DNA of 64,000 nucleotides from Phoronis australis (GCA_002633005.1 NMRA01000828.1:62001-126000), one strand, 5' to 3'. Counted from the first letter of the stretch, positions 14,100-27,425 are shown. Translations and numbers: made by a program. The notes: generated by a model from the letters alone, not told the origin.

Positions 14100-14255
14100 T
14101 AGCATAGTACCAAATGGGTACATAATACCAAATGGGTATTGGCCGATTGCCTACCAACTGGGTCGAGCAAAACGGCAAATTCAATAACAAGTACCAAATG
14201 GGTACAACTGCCAAATGAGCAAATATCATATAATAAAGTACCAAGTGGGTACATC
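14100..14255. repeat. Dispersed GTACCAAATGGGTA motif cluster
   Basis: Four to five near-identical TACCAAATGGGTA copies within about 150 bp; probably subterminal repeats of a MITE. Confidence 0.55.
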
Positions 14256-14781
14256 AAACAGCCAACTGGGCTATAACAACCTGCAAAGCAGGTTCCGGAC
14301 AAGCTGAGTGAGCAGACCAGCCGGAGTGATAAAAAGAGATATTGTAAGGAACGCGGTGTTGTGGCTCAGTATGTGCTGAGAGCTGCTACCGGGGTGGAGA
14401 GAGGCAAGCTGCAGTGATGGACGCTCGAGTACAGGTGTGGTCGCCAGCCAAGGACGTATCCTCGTGCTTGACGGTAACACGCTCCGGGCTTGGAGGAGGT
14501 ACCAGCAGTGGCTGCAATAACAAAAATAACGAACAGCAGATTTTGTAGGGAGGGTGGGAAAGATAGAAATCGGTTGAATTGAGAATTTGTGGAACCCAGG
14601 GTAGGGAGGGTGGGAAAGGTATCAAATGGTCTAATTGGGAAAACTTATGAGTAAATGTACTGTTGCTTGAGGCTGGGCCAATATTTACCACACATTGGTA
14701 CTTAGGAGTTAATGAAACTCATATCTAAGGTGGTAAAAAGCAAAGGAAATAGACTCTCAAGCAGCAGGGGCACTAGAGTAA

Positions 14782-14826
14782 CAGCAGTGGCAGCAGCAGC
14801 GGCGGCAGCAGCAGCAGCAGCAGCAG
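14782..14826. repeat. (GCA)n microsatellite
   Basis: Directly visible CAG/GCA run. Confidence 0.9.
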
Positions 14827-15560
14827 TTACATATATTCAGTGCCCTGTATGCTATCTTTCACTCTAATTCAAACTGGAGAGCGTCTGGTGACTTTCTTTA
14901 GTAGAACGTGTTGTGTGGACGGCACTTCATAGTGTACCAGTGCACTTAGGGGGCACACTCTGTTTTAGGGCAGAAAAGCACATCTTTGGACCATTGTTGG
15001 ATAGGATAGGCGTCTTGAAGTAATTTGTTTTGACTCAAGACGTATAGAACAACAAAATCCATTGTATTATTGTGATGTTGTTGCAAATTGGCATTGAATT
15101 CTCGCGTTGGCTGCCAGTCCTTTGTTTTAAGTTGAGGCCGGCGACTTTATCAGTACAATTACGCTTCGCTAGCACAGCGCCGATTTGGAACCGCTGGGGT
15201 TTTGTGTTCGATTCTGTCTTGGAGCAAATCTTAAAAACAAACTTTCTCGACTGTGTACTCAGTGTTCACTGATTCTTACATTAATAACTGAATAAGCGAA
15301 CAAGTTTCAACGTATTTTTGTGTTTTCAAGTTTTGTTTCCAAGTAGATGTGTGTTTTTGTTTTGTTAGGCTACAACACTTCCGACTTGCATAGCCACAAC
15401 AACAAAACACACAATGAATAGCATACTGTCAATCCATGATGACAAATTCAAATTTTATTTTTGCTGGCGCTAATGGGCTTTCGTACCAAAAACAGTTCAG
15501 TGGCCTAAAAATGAAATGGGAATTTTCACTACGAAACACGCATGATAATTAGTGACCAGT

Positions 15561-16397
15561 TTATTCTCGTTTTTGTTTCGTACGGCTACAGCACTTCCGA
15601 CATGCATAGCCACAACATTTGAACAAAACAAAACACACAATGAGTAGAATGGAGATCAAAAATGCTAAAACATCAAGTGAATAAAACTGGTACCAAGTCA
15701 AAAATCGGCCATAAGGTTTCAGATGCGATATACCTTTATGTCGAATCACATAATCGACCCAGTAAAGGAACAGATCCTTGCCACTGATTGGTTGATCATT
15801 TAGATATTTAGCTAAGCGCACAGCATTTTCTTTGTACATTGGATTAGAAATAACTTCAGTCATGGCTGACGCAAGAGAGTCTGACGTCATAGATTGGAAT
15901 TCCACATGAACACCGATCTTATGAGATTTCGTAAGTCTCGCGGCATTTTGCGGTTGGTCACTGAATAAAGGCAAAGCTATCACCGGTACACCAAACATTA
16001 CAGTTTCATACATACTGTTCTGACCACAATGTGTAATAAACAACTTGGTTTTATGGTGAGCCAAAAGTCCCGTTTGTGGAAACCATTTGACTAACTTCGT
16101 GTTTTTTCCCAGTGTTTTAGGCGTTGGTCCTTCGTACTTCCACAGAACCTTTTGCGGCATTCGCGCGAACGCTTCGGCGATCAAGTTGCCGTTGTGTTCA
16201 TCATACTCCGTTATCATTGATCCAAAACTCATAATAATTAAACCGTGATCTCCTGAGCTCTGAACGAAGGCCTCGATGTCTGACTCCAGAGGTTTTGGCT
16301 TAGCAGCAAGAATCCCGTTTAAATGCACGACGTCCGGTAATTTTGGCGCTGGGTACTCCAGTGGAAATCCTCCGAAAACAAGTGCAAGACTTTCGGG
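15561..16397 (-). CDS. UGT gene 2, exon 2 (C-terminal domain)
   Basis: Acceptor attgtttcag|CCC GAA AGT; signature WFPQTGLLAHHKTKLFITHCGQNSMYETVMFGVPVIALPLFSDQ; TM; ends KQKRE. Confidence 0.93.
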   Translation of the reverse strand, partial: PESLALVFGGFPLEYPAPKLPDVVHLNGILAAKPKPLESDIEAFVQSSGDHGLIIMSFGSMITEYDEHNGNLIAEAFARMPQKVLWKYEGPTPKTLGKNTKLVKWFPQTGLLAHHKTKLFITHCGQNSMYETVMFGVPVIALPLFSDQPQNAARLTKSHKIGVHVEFQSMTSDSLASAMTEVISNPMYKENAVRLAKYLNDQPISGKDLFLYWVDYVIRHKGISHLKPYGRFLTWYQFYSLDVLAFLISILLIVCFVLFKCCGYACRKCCSRTKQKRE

Positions 16398-16903
16398 CTG
16401 AAACAATGATAAAGTTTGGGGACTATTCCAATTATTTATCTTCTTATCCACACCGTTGTAGGAATGGTTATTTATTATCATTACTTATCAGATGGAAAAG
16501 ACAGTAGTCAACTATCAAGTATGTTAGCCTACGTGATTGAATAGGATATTTTGTGCCACGCATCGGAGCGACGTGCGAAACAATTCCATTCGTGCTGGTA
16601 TAAAAATGAAAATGCCTGAGGTCATTCAAAATACCAGAAATTTATGTCAGTTTTCACAAAATATTTGGCCACCACCCGCCGAGGACAGGTCGAAATTAAC
16701 TGAAACTTATATGAAGGCTATATGACCCGCTGTTTTGAGATTGGCCTAGGAGCGTTACTAAAGCTATTGCATCTTTTTTCAAAAGCTCGAAAACATTCCA
16801 CAAAACATAAAGAAGAACTCTGTCAGTTGGCCTATCATACAAAACACGAACCAATGCTTAATATACGCATGAGCCCTTTTAAAAACTCTTCAATTATACT
16901 AAC

Positions 16904-17629
16904 CTGCTTTGGTTCAATTTTGTACTTCCTTGCCAGTTGGCGGTAGTCGTAATCCATTAATTTGCTCAAAAAACAATATGAATAGGCAGTTATCATGAAA
17001 TTCACAACTCGCTCCAAAAACAACATTTCTTGTCCCACGTGATATACATTTATGGGAAGGTATGAGAATGGTAAAGGCAGTTGTCGATCTTCAAAACGTC
17101 TCATCGTGTCGAAAGCAAAATATTCTACGGAAGGGATGTCTCCGAAAACACCTTGAATCACTATTTTACACATAAATAGCGAGTTGTAATAGACCATGTC
17201 GAATTTCTCGCGTCTCAGTCGATCGTGAATGATGGACGAACTCGCAAACGACTCGCATATTTTCAAAGGAATATCGAGCATAGCCAACACAGATTTCATT
17301 GCACTCGTTGTCATATTGCGAAGTGGAAACCTGTGCTCGTTGACTGGTAGGCCCTTCGGTCTTGGTACTACAATCAATTTTATGCCGGCTTCGGTGATAA
17401 ATTGTGGCGGTTCATAACCGCTGTCGGCTAGAATGAAAACTTCATGACCTTGCTTCGCCAGAATTGCTAAGAGCTTCTCGTCATTTCGCAGACTTGAGCT
17501 CTTAATAGCTGTCAATGGACATCCTAAGATCTTCGATGCTTCCCCCTCATAGCTGGTCACGTGGAATAAAAAGAGTAAGAAGCCAAGGAACCATTGTGGA
17601 CTTGTCTTAGTGTGACCTGACCTCCCCAT
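16904..17629 (-). CDS. UGT gene 2, exon 1 (N-terminal domain)
   Basis: ATG 17629, hydrophobic signal, KILGCPLT...GHEV, MLFLERVVN; donor EPKQ|gttagt phase 0; 506-nt intron to 16397. Confidence 0.92.
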
Positions 17630-18514
17630 GGTTTTATGACGTATGCAAGTGATCCAGCATTAGGCAGAAATAAGCCATCTCTTATACATGTTATACACAC
17701 ACACAATCTATAGCTGCACTCTATTCCTTTGTGTACACTGTACTCCCGTGACCAAAGTACACGGTGGATGTCCCACAATAAACGGGTCACTTTGTCACAG
17801 CATATGAAAGGCCAACCCGAGAATCGACGTCAGTGCTCAGGTGCTTAGGATTTATGCAAGCATGTCCGCGACTAATGTCATCTTCTGATAAACTTGCCAG
17901 GTAACCTCAACGTTGAGGAGACGCCACCATGATCAACTGTGGGCTTTAGAAGATACGCTAGATTCATTAACACCATCGAATCTTCAGTCACAAAGGCCAT
18001 CTTTGAATGAGTAAAACCCACTTCAACATTTTTGGTTTTGCAAAATCTTCAAATGCAAGGCCCATTCGTGTTTTTAAAATTTGGTTTTGAGATTCTTCCC
18101 GCGAACTCAGAGCTTTTGTCATTTCTTGACAGTAGGGAAATGGAGCAGAGCACTAAAGTAGAATTTTTGTTAGCGTGTCAATGAATCATTTCACACTGGA
18201 AGTGTTTTGCATCATCCAGAGGCTTCTTACTCAACTTGAATTGCGTAACTGCGCGCTATCAGAAATCGGAGTAGTTTACTTATGATAATAAGGGGACCAG
18301 ACAGGACAAACCCGAAAACTGAAAAACGCCGTCATGAGAATATGTTTGTTTTCAAGAAATTATTGACAGCATTACAGACCAATCATGAAGTAATGTTAGC
18401 AAAATTTCGGGTAATTCAACAAAAACTTAGTTTACAGCGAGAATTAAATTTGAGAAGGTATCCCAGTGCACACCTTTAGGATGTGAAGTTCAGTTCAAAA
18501 ACAAACGCATGAAG

Positions 18515-18718
18515 AGGCGGATCTACGGGGGGGGGGGGTTCATGGGGTTCAACCCGCCCCCTCGGGACAGGATAAAAATATGAATTAAAAAAATGTCGTC
18601 AGGAAAACAATATCGGCTACAAAATAACCAAAAAAATCTTACACGTGAGGGGGGAAATCCCCTCCCGACCTTCGCGTGAATCCTAAACCCCCTTACTGAA
18701 AACGTAGATCTGCCACTG
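18515..18718. mobile_element. MITE (GGCGGATCTAC...GTAGATCTGCC family)
   Basis: Terminal inverted repeats with G-run/C-run interior; closely similar copy at 28985-29157 and a terminus at 62402. Confidence 0.8.
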
Positions 18719-20761
18719 GACGAGCTAGTACGGCTAGAAATCAACATACATGCAATATTCCAGGCGCAACTAGAATCGTATATGTTTAAATTATAAAGCT
18801 GATATGAAATCACCTTTTAATATGCTAAAACTGAATTTATAAGTTCACAATACCGGCTTATTCTAAGTAAATAGACAGAACACGAGCACAAGTCACTATA
18901 TTGTCAGGAGTACATAATCAACTGTCGCTTTTGAAAAACTGAATGAGCATATTTATTGAAATTATAATTTCCAGATGATTGGTAAACGTTGATTTTTCCC
19001 ATTTACTTACTTGTGAAAAATCGCATCGTTTGTGTTTGATATATCATAATATTCTGGCATTTCTTCATGAAAATCTTGCATTTAGCAAGAAATAAACCCC
19101 GTCTTTAACCCAGTACACAAAATACACTGTCTTCTTATTGAATCTACCAACCTCAGCTCTAAATTGCGTGCCAAGAATCCTGGAACAGTGATTATACAGT
19201 TACGTCATAAGCTGTGTATGTTGTCGGAAAGGCGCCTCTGGCGCTGAATACTGGTACTACTTTTTAAAAATACTCGTTCCGCTTCGTGTTAAAAAAAAAT
19301 CATAGAACGGATTTTAATGTAAAATAGTTCAGTCGAAACTTAACCCCAGATAATATTCATCCAACACAACCAATGTTCGAAAAACACGCTGACCCGGTTT
19401 CCCGGAGCCAGTGGATTTGCCGCCGGGCCAGTAACTTTCAAAAGAGCATGGCACCCGGGCTTGTTAATCTTCAGACTAACTTGAGCGGTTGGCCAGCACA
19501 TTTATTTGCTGAAGTTGAAACACTGAACACAACACCAAATAGTCTCTAACTTAACTGAAATGAATATTAATTTTTAGTTTAATTTTTATTTTTGGTCACT
19601 GTAGTGAGTGACAGCTTGGTCATGTATTATGGGTACTCACTCAATTGTCGCCATAGCAACTGTCGCCATAGGTAATGAGGTTTCTGTAGAAACCCCGCCC
19701 TCTTTTAAAAAAATTCAATGAAATAAGGCAAACACAAAAACAGGACTGAAAGTTACGCAACGTTTATATTTTAGTGATGTCTTTCGACTGTGTTCTAAAT
19801 TGGTGAACGTAAAATAGAGATTATCTTTAAAGTTTTGTTGTATTTCAGAAATTCATTGAGCACAAAATCCCTAAGCACTATTGACTATTTTTGTAATTTA
19901 GGACGTCATCACCTCAGCAAAATTCGAAATTACTTTCTTTACTTTTTGCTCTAAAGTGAGCAATTCTTGTTTTATCCCGTGGATCTCTATTATGAACCAT
20001 TTCTACAATAGTCAACATACACTGTTGTTCACTATACAGCCAAGACTGTAGTTCACTTAGGTAAAACTAGGAACAAGCCAAAAAGGTAGGAACATTTGGC
20101 ACTTGTCGTTGAAGCCTTTAGGAACCTCTTGCTGAAAGAAAAGACGTGCTAGCAGTTTGGTGCTACATTTTTTAACCGCCGACTGCACACAGTTACAGTG
20201 TATTGTGCAATCCTGTTAATCTGTTTAGAAGCAAGTTTTCTCTAATCGTGTTTTGAGATATTTTAGTTTTGTCCACCACGACTAACCATGTACTATCTTC
20301 ATGACACTTTCTTAAAATATTTACCCGCACACGCACGCGCGCTGACGCGTGTGCATGTAGTAATCATTTACACAGTAACAGGTAGCTAACATGTTATTTC
20401 TGCGGAGTGTAAATACTGTAACCCCACTTTATGTCACGAATTCGTCATTACGCTTGTCTTTACGTCCAAACTACAATGGTTTTGCATGTTGGAACACGTG
20501 CGCTTTCACATTAGCGTTGCTAAAATTGATGGTAAAATGAAGCATTGTGTCCCCCAAACAACAATGCACAACATTCATTCTTGCAGAGCCACCAAAGTGA
20601 GCAAGTAGTGAATAAAACCAGTGTTCCGTCAATTTTTTTGATTTAGATCACCTACCAATGTAAAATTGGTTTCAATTTTTCAATTTGTTCCTCACTCATA
20701 TTGGAAGAAATTCCTGGGTTTGCAAAGAGACAAGTTGTTATGCCTTTATTCCATGATCGGC

Positions 20762-20846
20762 GCATGAAACGACACCTCGTGACAAACCAACCCATGAAAC
20801 GACCTCGTGACAAACCAACGCATGAAACATCTCGTGACAAACCAAC
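20762..20846. repeat. About 28-30-bp tandem repeat (CATGAAAC..CTCGTGACAAACCAAC x3)
   Basis: Directly visible. Confidence 0.8.
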
Positions 20847-21831
20847 TGGTACATTACGGTCTCAAGCAAAGGCGAGGTTCTTCCGAAGCCTTGAAATCAT
20901 CTCGAATATAGCTGAGGAACAATCTGAGACCAGTTAGGTGGTAATTCAATTTTCTTCTAATGAAAGGCGGTTTCTTGTGTGGTTTTAGTTGTAAAATTTA
21001 CAATAAAGCTACAATTCGCCAGTTTAAATTTGGATGATCGTGGTAATGTTCTTTTAGTCCAAAAACACTTTGGTTAGAAATTCAACACTGACAGGTAAAC
21101 AGTGACGAAAGGTCCTTTTAAAGAATGTTGTGGAAATCGCATGTCAGTCTATCAGCGAAAGTTCAAAGGAACATTATTGGCTAGAGATCAGCTTAGGTGC
21201 GGAAACGACGTTGAACCCCAGCCGTCGCAGCCGAACACTTTACTTCTGGCGGGGTTAAATCCCATTCCACTCTATTGACAGCAGATAATTTCACTGGTAA
21301 GTGAAAGCCTGGTACGAGATAACGATGAGAATTGGCGTATTGTAATTAAATCACAAGCTACAACGGATTTTCTTGTCAATGCTAACCAACAAGTGCAACA
21401 GTGTGATTACTGATATAACGTGCCTGTATTTTGAGAACCAGTTTGATGCCCGTTATTCAGAGGAAAAACTGGTTCTCAAAACTCGGGCACGTTGCACCAG
21501 GCCATTACCTCCAACAAGTCTACCTCAGCTAACAATAAGCCCAAAATGCATATTCGGCAGTAAAACCGATGATGTTCCTTGATGTATAAGTTGCATATGA
21601 CAATAATTTGTTCCGGTTTCTTTTCTATTGTCTATTTGTATTGAGCATCTTCGACAGTCAATCCGTAATTACAATTTGATAATCCCCAATAGCATATTGT
21701 CAATCCATGATGACAGATTCAAATTTTATTTTTGCTGGCGCTAATGGGCTTTCGTACCAAAAACAGTTCAGTGGCCTAAAAATGAAATGGGAATTTTCAC
21801 TACGAAACACGCATGACAACTAGTGACTAGT

Positions 21832-22668
21832 TTATTCTCGTTTTTGTTTCGTACGGCTACAGCACTTCCGACATGCATAGCCACAACATTTGAACAAAAC
21901 AAAACACACAATGAGTAGAATGGAGATCAAAAATGCTAAAACGTCAAGTGAATAAAACTGGTACCATGTCAAAAATCGGCCATAAGGTTTCAGATGCGAT
22001 ATACCTTTATGCCGAATCACATAATCGACCCAGTAAAGGAACAGATCCTTGCCACTGATTGGTTGATCATTTAGATATTTAGCTAAGCGCACAGCATTTT
22101 CTTTGTACATTGGATTAGAAATAACTTCAGTCATGGCTGACGCTAGAGAATCTGACGTCATAGTTCGCAAGTTTACCTCAACACCGATCTTGTGAGATTT
22201 CGTGAGTCTTGCGGAATTTTGTGGTTGGTCACCAAATAAAGGCATAGCTATCACCGGTACACCAAACATTACTGTTTCATACATACTGTTCTGACCACAG
22301 TGTGTAATAAACAACTTGATTTTAGGGTGTGCCAAAAGTCCCGTTTGTGGAAACCATTTGACTAACTTGGTGTTCTTTCCCAGGGTTTTTGGCGTTGGTC
22401 CTTCGTACTTCCACAGAACCTTTTGTGGCATTCGTGCGAAAGCTTCGGCGATCAAGTTGCCGTTGTGTTCATCATACTCCGTTATCATTGATCCAAAACT
22501 CATAATTATTAAACCGTGATCTCCTGAACTCTGAACGAAGGCTTCGATGTCTGACTCCAGAGGTTTTGGCTGAGCAGCGAGAATCCCGTTTAAATACACG
22601 ACGTCTGGTAAATATGGCGCTGGGTACTCCAGTGGAAATCCTCCGAAGACAACTGCAAGACTTTCGGG
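21832..22668 (-). CDS. UGT distal unit, C-terminal exon (probably shared by several first exons)
   Basis: Acceptor tgatttcag|CCC GAA AGT; signature ...HPKIKLFITHCGQNSMYETVMFGVPVIAMPLFGDQ; near-identical to 15561-16397. Confidence 0.92.
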   Translation of the reverse strand, partial: PESLAVVFGGFPLEYPAPYLPDVVYLNGILAAQPKPLESDIEAFVQSSGDHGLIIMSFGSMITEYDEHNGNLIAEAFARMPQKVLWKYEGPTPKTLGKNTKLVKWFPQTGLLAHPKIKLFITHCGQNSMYETVMFGVPVIAMPLFGDQPQNSARLTKSHKIGVEVNLRTMTSDSLASAMTEVISNPMYKENAVRLAKYLNDQPISGKDLFLYWVDYVIRHKGISHLKPYGRFLTWYQFYSLDVLAFLISILLIVCFVLFKCCGYACRKCCSRTKQKRE

Positions 22669-25600
22669 CTGAAATCATAAGAACACAATGTATGTTTGAC
22701 AGTAGTTCATGATCGCCTTTCACCAATTTCAATCCCACAAGGGAAACATTTTTGCCCTTTTTTGAACGTAGTTGATCCGAAGAGATCCGAGATCCATTTC
22801 AGGAAATTGACTAAAGATTCAAGACAAAATTTTGGTCTAGCGCTCTCGCTTCACTATTCCCGGAAAAAGTTTGCCAAGTAATTATGAGCATCACTGTCTA
22901 GAACTAATTTATAAAAGTTATCTCAGAAACTAGCTATTACGTGGACATTCTCAGAAACATTTGAGATTTACATGTAATCATATTCCAGAAATGTTGTGTG
23001 GAGCGCAAGACCAAATTTCAACTTGTTTTAAATGTCACTTTTCATGAAACAGATTGCAGAACAGCAAATTTTGTCTTATTTATCATAGTGTTGGATTGAG
23101 TTAAAAGGAAACAAAAATAGTCTAAAAACAGATAATCAAAGAAAATACGTCATTGGGTTGAAGCTAGAGCAAGCAAATGTTAAAACAATAGAAGCCGCGG
23201 CCTGTAATGAGTATCAACAATCAAACACCAGGAGTGTAGCATCGCAGGCCCAGTTACGGAGATTGCTATGATTCGGCGGTATTCTCCAACATGGCTGGTA
23301 TAAACTGATCATTCTTTCTCCATGGAGAATGTCACTATTCTAGATAGGGAAGAAAACTGATTCAGGCGAGCAATATATGAAAGCGTGGAGAATCCCACTT
23401 TAAACAGACAAGGGCGCCTGAGATTTCTGTTACCAAGAACTTGGGATAGGGCCCTAAAGAGTATCCTGCACAAACTGTGCTATCGTTCACATGATCGAGT
23501 CACGTGACACCTCAGTGGCCTGCCGAAGGGCTCGAGATGAGCACGCAACGCTTACCCAATCCGCAATTCCAGTAATTGATTTATTTTTTCATGTAAGGCT
23601 TTTTGTTCTCATAAAATGGGCAGAGTCTCCCCTTCCTTACCATGATAGGATTCCATTTCCACAAACAATAACATGGAAACTATCAGCAACTCAAGAAGTT
23701 TACTGGGATTGGCTAACCCTAAAATTGCTAATTCATTCGAGAACACCGCGAGGACACATGGCTTGCGTCTTTTGTTGCCGGCTCAATCGGCAGCAATTCA
23801 ATGCTTTAAAACCTCAGAGCGTTTCAGATAAAAACACAACATTCACTGCTAAAAAGTAGTGAAAAGCAGCTTTAACTAAACAAGCACAGGAACGTCATCA
23901 AATCGTGTTACTCATTAGATGTGAGTCACCAGATGGCAAGACCGCGTCTACTCCACTAGTCAGCCCACCCCAAGAAATGCCAAACAACGTAAGTTGATGT
24001 AAAAGATGAAGTCGTAAGCCTACTTTTTTCGTCTGAAAATTCATCATGTGGTAACATGTGGCTCTATAATCTTACCAGATCCAAGTAAGATAATACACTA
24101 GTGTTGTCAGAACAGTTATCGAGTCAATTTGAAAGGATGCTCTGGAGCACCTTTCCTACTAAACCTAAGCCTGGTGAAGAGTCGTTCAGGGTCGGGGCCC
24201 ACTGGCAATTCGAGGCTAAGGCTTTGGTTATCACTACCACAGTCTACGACCGTCAGAGGAGAGCGCAGATTTGCAGATCTTCACTGAAATACTCAGAAAA
24301 GACGTCGCGATGTTTAAAAAATTATCCCTTCAATGAGAAAACGAGTATTCATTAACAGGCAAACCCTTAGGTTTTAAACCCAACATCATTTTAATGCCGG
24401 CGTTAGTGGGTAAAGTTGGCAGTCCGTCATTTACCATCATTGCCACAAAACAACTTGACGTTGTTACGCAGAACGTTCTTCACAGCAGAGGCAGCTGACG
24501 GGGCAATGGCCTCTTGCTCATTGCAAAAGGAAGCCCATCTTAGGTCGAGCAGCTTATAGATTGTGTCTGACTGCAACTTGAAGCTATGCCCATGGAAAAG
24601 AAAGAATAACAAGCAGTGGAGTGTGCTTCGTGCCATTATGGTAATTTCAGTCGTAGAACTTCGTCAAGGCGCCGGAGTAAACCGAGCAGTGCCAGATTCA
24701 GGTTTCTCGGTGCCCTTCAGCTATTATTAGTCTGGGGACCCAGTTATTGTTCACTGCCCTTGTCGCCATAATTTTCACCCCGTCCGTCAACAAATTTTAG
24801 ACCAACATCCTGCTCGCAACTTTTTTTACCGCCGGTCTCCGGATCAACAGTATTTTGAAATTACCCCATCCCTTGGGTACCACAATTTTCAACCCTCCAT
24901 TCGGCACAATTCATACCTACGTTTCGCGGTCAATGCAACCCTCGAAATGCGCCCCTCCCCGGGGGCCCCTAGCCTAGGTTATCCGGCACTGAATTTCACC
25001 TAAAACTGAGAACTGTCTTATGTTGTGGCAGTTGATCGCGCAAGTCCAGTCGCTCGCCAAGCAATTTTAAATAAAAATTCTCAAACTCTCAAGTTGCACG
25101 ACTTCTTTCAACAGAAAACAAAATGATTGTCGTCAGATGACGCATCATAAAGGTTAGGTGCATCGCTGCATCTTCCTCTTCTTGAATCGACTTACATCGC
25201 AGGACACAACCTAAGAATATTATGAAGCCTGCCATCTGGCGACAGCTTCACGAGAGTTCGTCATTGATGTTTCACTCTAGCTAGTTCCGACTCGATCACC
25301 GCATCGTTTTCGGGAACTCTGATTTATTTATCTCTCAAGACTACCTGGAATACGCCCAGTAAAGTTTTACAGAAATGTAAAAAGCAAGGCCAAAAGAAAA
25401 CAAAAATTGCACAAGGGTCAGTTTTTCGGAAACGGATATCTGCATCTGGAAACAGTTGGAGTCGTATGCAGTGGAATTATACATGGAAAAGCAAAAAGTG
25501 GAAGGTTGAAAAAAGTTAAGGGTCATAACTTCCTTTTTTATCCTTGGTTGTACGGAATGGGCTCGAGCACAGCTTAGCAACACGTAAACCAAAGCAGTTC

Positions 25601-26153
25601 ATTCGCAAGAACTCTGACACAACTGGAATTGAATGGGAAACGTACAGTATAACATATATGTGGCACTTGCTACAATCTAAGACTTCCATCATACGGTGTC
25701 ACATACCTTGTGGCCAAAGATGCCCGTTTCCGCCCATCCCAGCCCGTTCTATAATAATATTTGGACGTGCTTGGACGTTTGTGGGACACACTGGCAGACT
25801 CATTAACAGAGCCCAGAAAGTCAATGCGGGTGAGACAGCTCTAGGGCATTATCTTAACGTTCCAACCAGAAGGAGCAACACCGATACCTGCTTCCCCACA
25901 ATTATGACCTGACAGTTTTGATATTTCACTTAAGACAGAAACAACGGAAAATCCAACAAACGTAGCTCCAACAAATTATACTGACTTATCGAGTCAGCGT
26001 TTAGGTAGACACAAGGACCTGTTCCACCAAGCCAGATATTAAGTGGGACGCTACACTCGCTGGTTCCCTGCGTGCTTAGCCCAGCCAGCTACCGCCCCAT
26101 CTAGCGGCACGCAGGGAACCAGCGAGGGACGCTACACTACATGTATAACTGAC

Positions 26154-26820
26154 CTCTTTCGGCTCAATTCCGTACTTCCTCGCCAGTTGGTAGTGGTCGT
26201 ATTCCAATTTAAACATAAAAGCATACAGCAACGAAACCATCACAAAGTTCACAGTTCGCTCCAGAAAAGACATACCCTGCCCTGCGTTGTATGTATTGGC
26301 GGGAACGTATGAGGGTAATAGAGGGAGCTGACGATCTGCCAATCGTCTGGTGGAGTAGTGAACAAAATATTCCATGGAAGGGATGTTTCCCAAAACACCC
26401 TGGATTACTAATTTACAAAAATACAAGGAATTGTAATAGACCAGGTCGAATTTCGTTCGCCTCAGTCTGTCATGAATGTCAGTAGAGTTCGCAAAAGACT
26501 GGCAAATCTTCTTAGAAGTATCCAACATCGCCATCAGACCCTGCAGTGGATTACTTGTCAAATTCCAGAGAGGATACCTGCCGGCGTTGGACGACAGGCC
26601 TTCCGGTCTCGGGACTATAATCAGTTTTATGCCGGCTGCGGTGACGAATTTTGGTGGCTCGTAACCACTGTCGACCAGAATGTAAACTTCGTGACCATGC
26701 TCAGCCATCATGGTCAAAAATTTCTCGTCGTTTCGCAGAGCTGAGTTCTTAACCGCCGTCAGTGGACACCCGAGGATCTTAGCTGACTCTCCCCTGTGGT
26801 TGCAGGCGTCGAATACAAAC
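26154..26820 (-). CDS. UGT N-terminal first exon C (5' end cut by assembly gap at 26822)
   Basis: Open frame FVFDACNH...KILGCPLTAVKNSALRND...MSFLERTVN...; donor EPKE|gtcagt phase 0. Confidence 0.88.
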
Positions 26821-26822
26821 AN

Positions 26823-26943
26823 AACTTGTTCCAAAATACTTAAGTTTTCGCCAAAAACTTAAGTTTTCGGGAATGAAAACTTAAGTTTTTCAGACCAAAA
26901 ACTTAAGTTTTTCGATGAAAACTTAAGTTCATTTTTGTAAGGG
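26823..26943. repeat. AAAACTTAAGTTTT palindromic-repeat element interrupting the exon C' copy
   Basis: Multiple AAACTTAAGTTT units; same family at 32490-32755; abuts the N gap. Confidence 0.8.
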
Positions 26944-27425
26944 ATGGAAGGGATGTTTCCCAAAACACCCTGGATTACTAATTTACAAAAATATAAGGAA
27001 TTGTAATAGACCAGGTCGAATTTCATTCGCTTCAGTCTGTCATGAATGTTAGTAGAGTTCGCAAAAGACTGGCAAATCTTCTTAGAAGTATCCAACATCG
27101 CCATCAGACCCTGCAGAGGATTACTTGTCAAATTCCAGAGAGGATACCTGCCGGCGTTGGACGACAGGCCTTCCGGTCTCGGGACTATAATCAGTTTGAT
27201 GCCGGCTGCGGTGACGAATTTTGGTGGCTCGTAACCACTGTCGACCAGAATGTAAACTTCGTGACCATGCTCAGCCATCATGGTCAAAAATTTCTCGTCG
27301 TTTCGCAGAGCTGAGTTCTTAATCGCCGTCAGTGGACACCCGAGGATCTTAGCTGACTCTCCCCTGTGGTTGCAGGCGTCGAATACAAACAGTAGCCACA
27401 CTGGCAGTTCCGTTAAGCAACGCAT
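26944..27425 (-). CDS. 5' part of UGT first exon C' (near-identical copy or allele of 26154-26820, truncated by repeat insertion)
   Basis: ATG 27425 MRCLTELPVWLLFVF; differs from the neighbouring copy at only a handful of positions; breaks at ...GNIPS into the repeat element. Confidence 0.7.
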
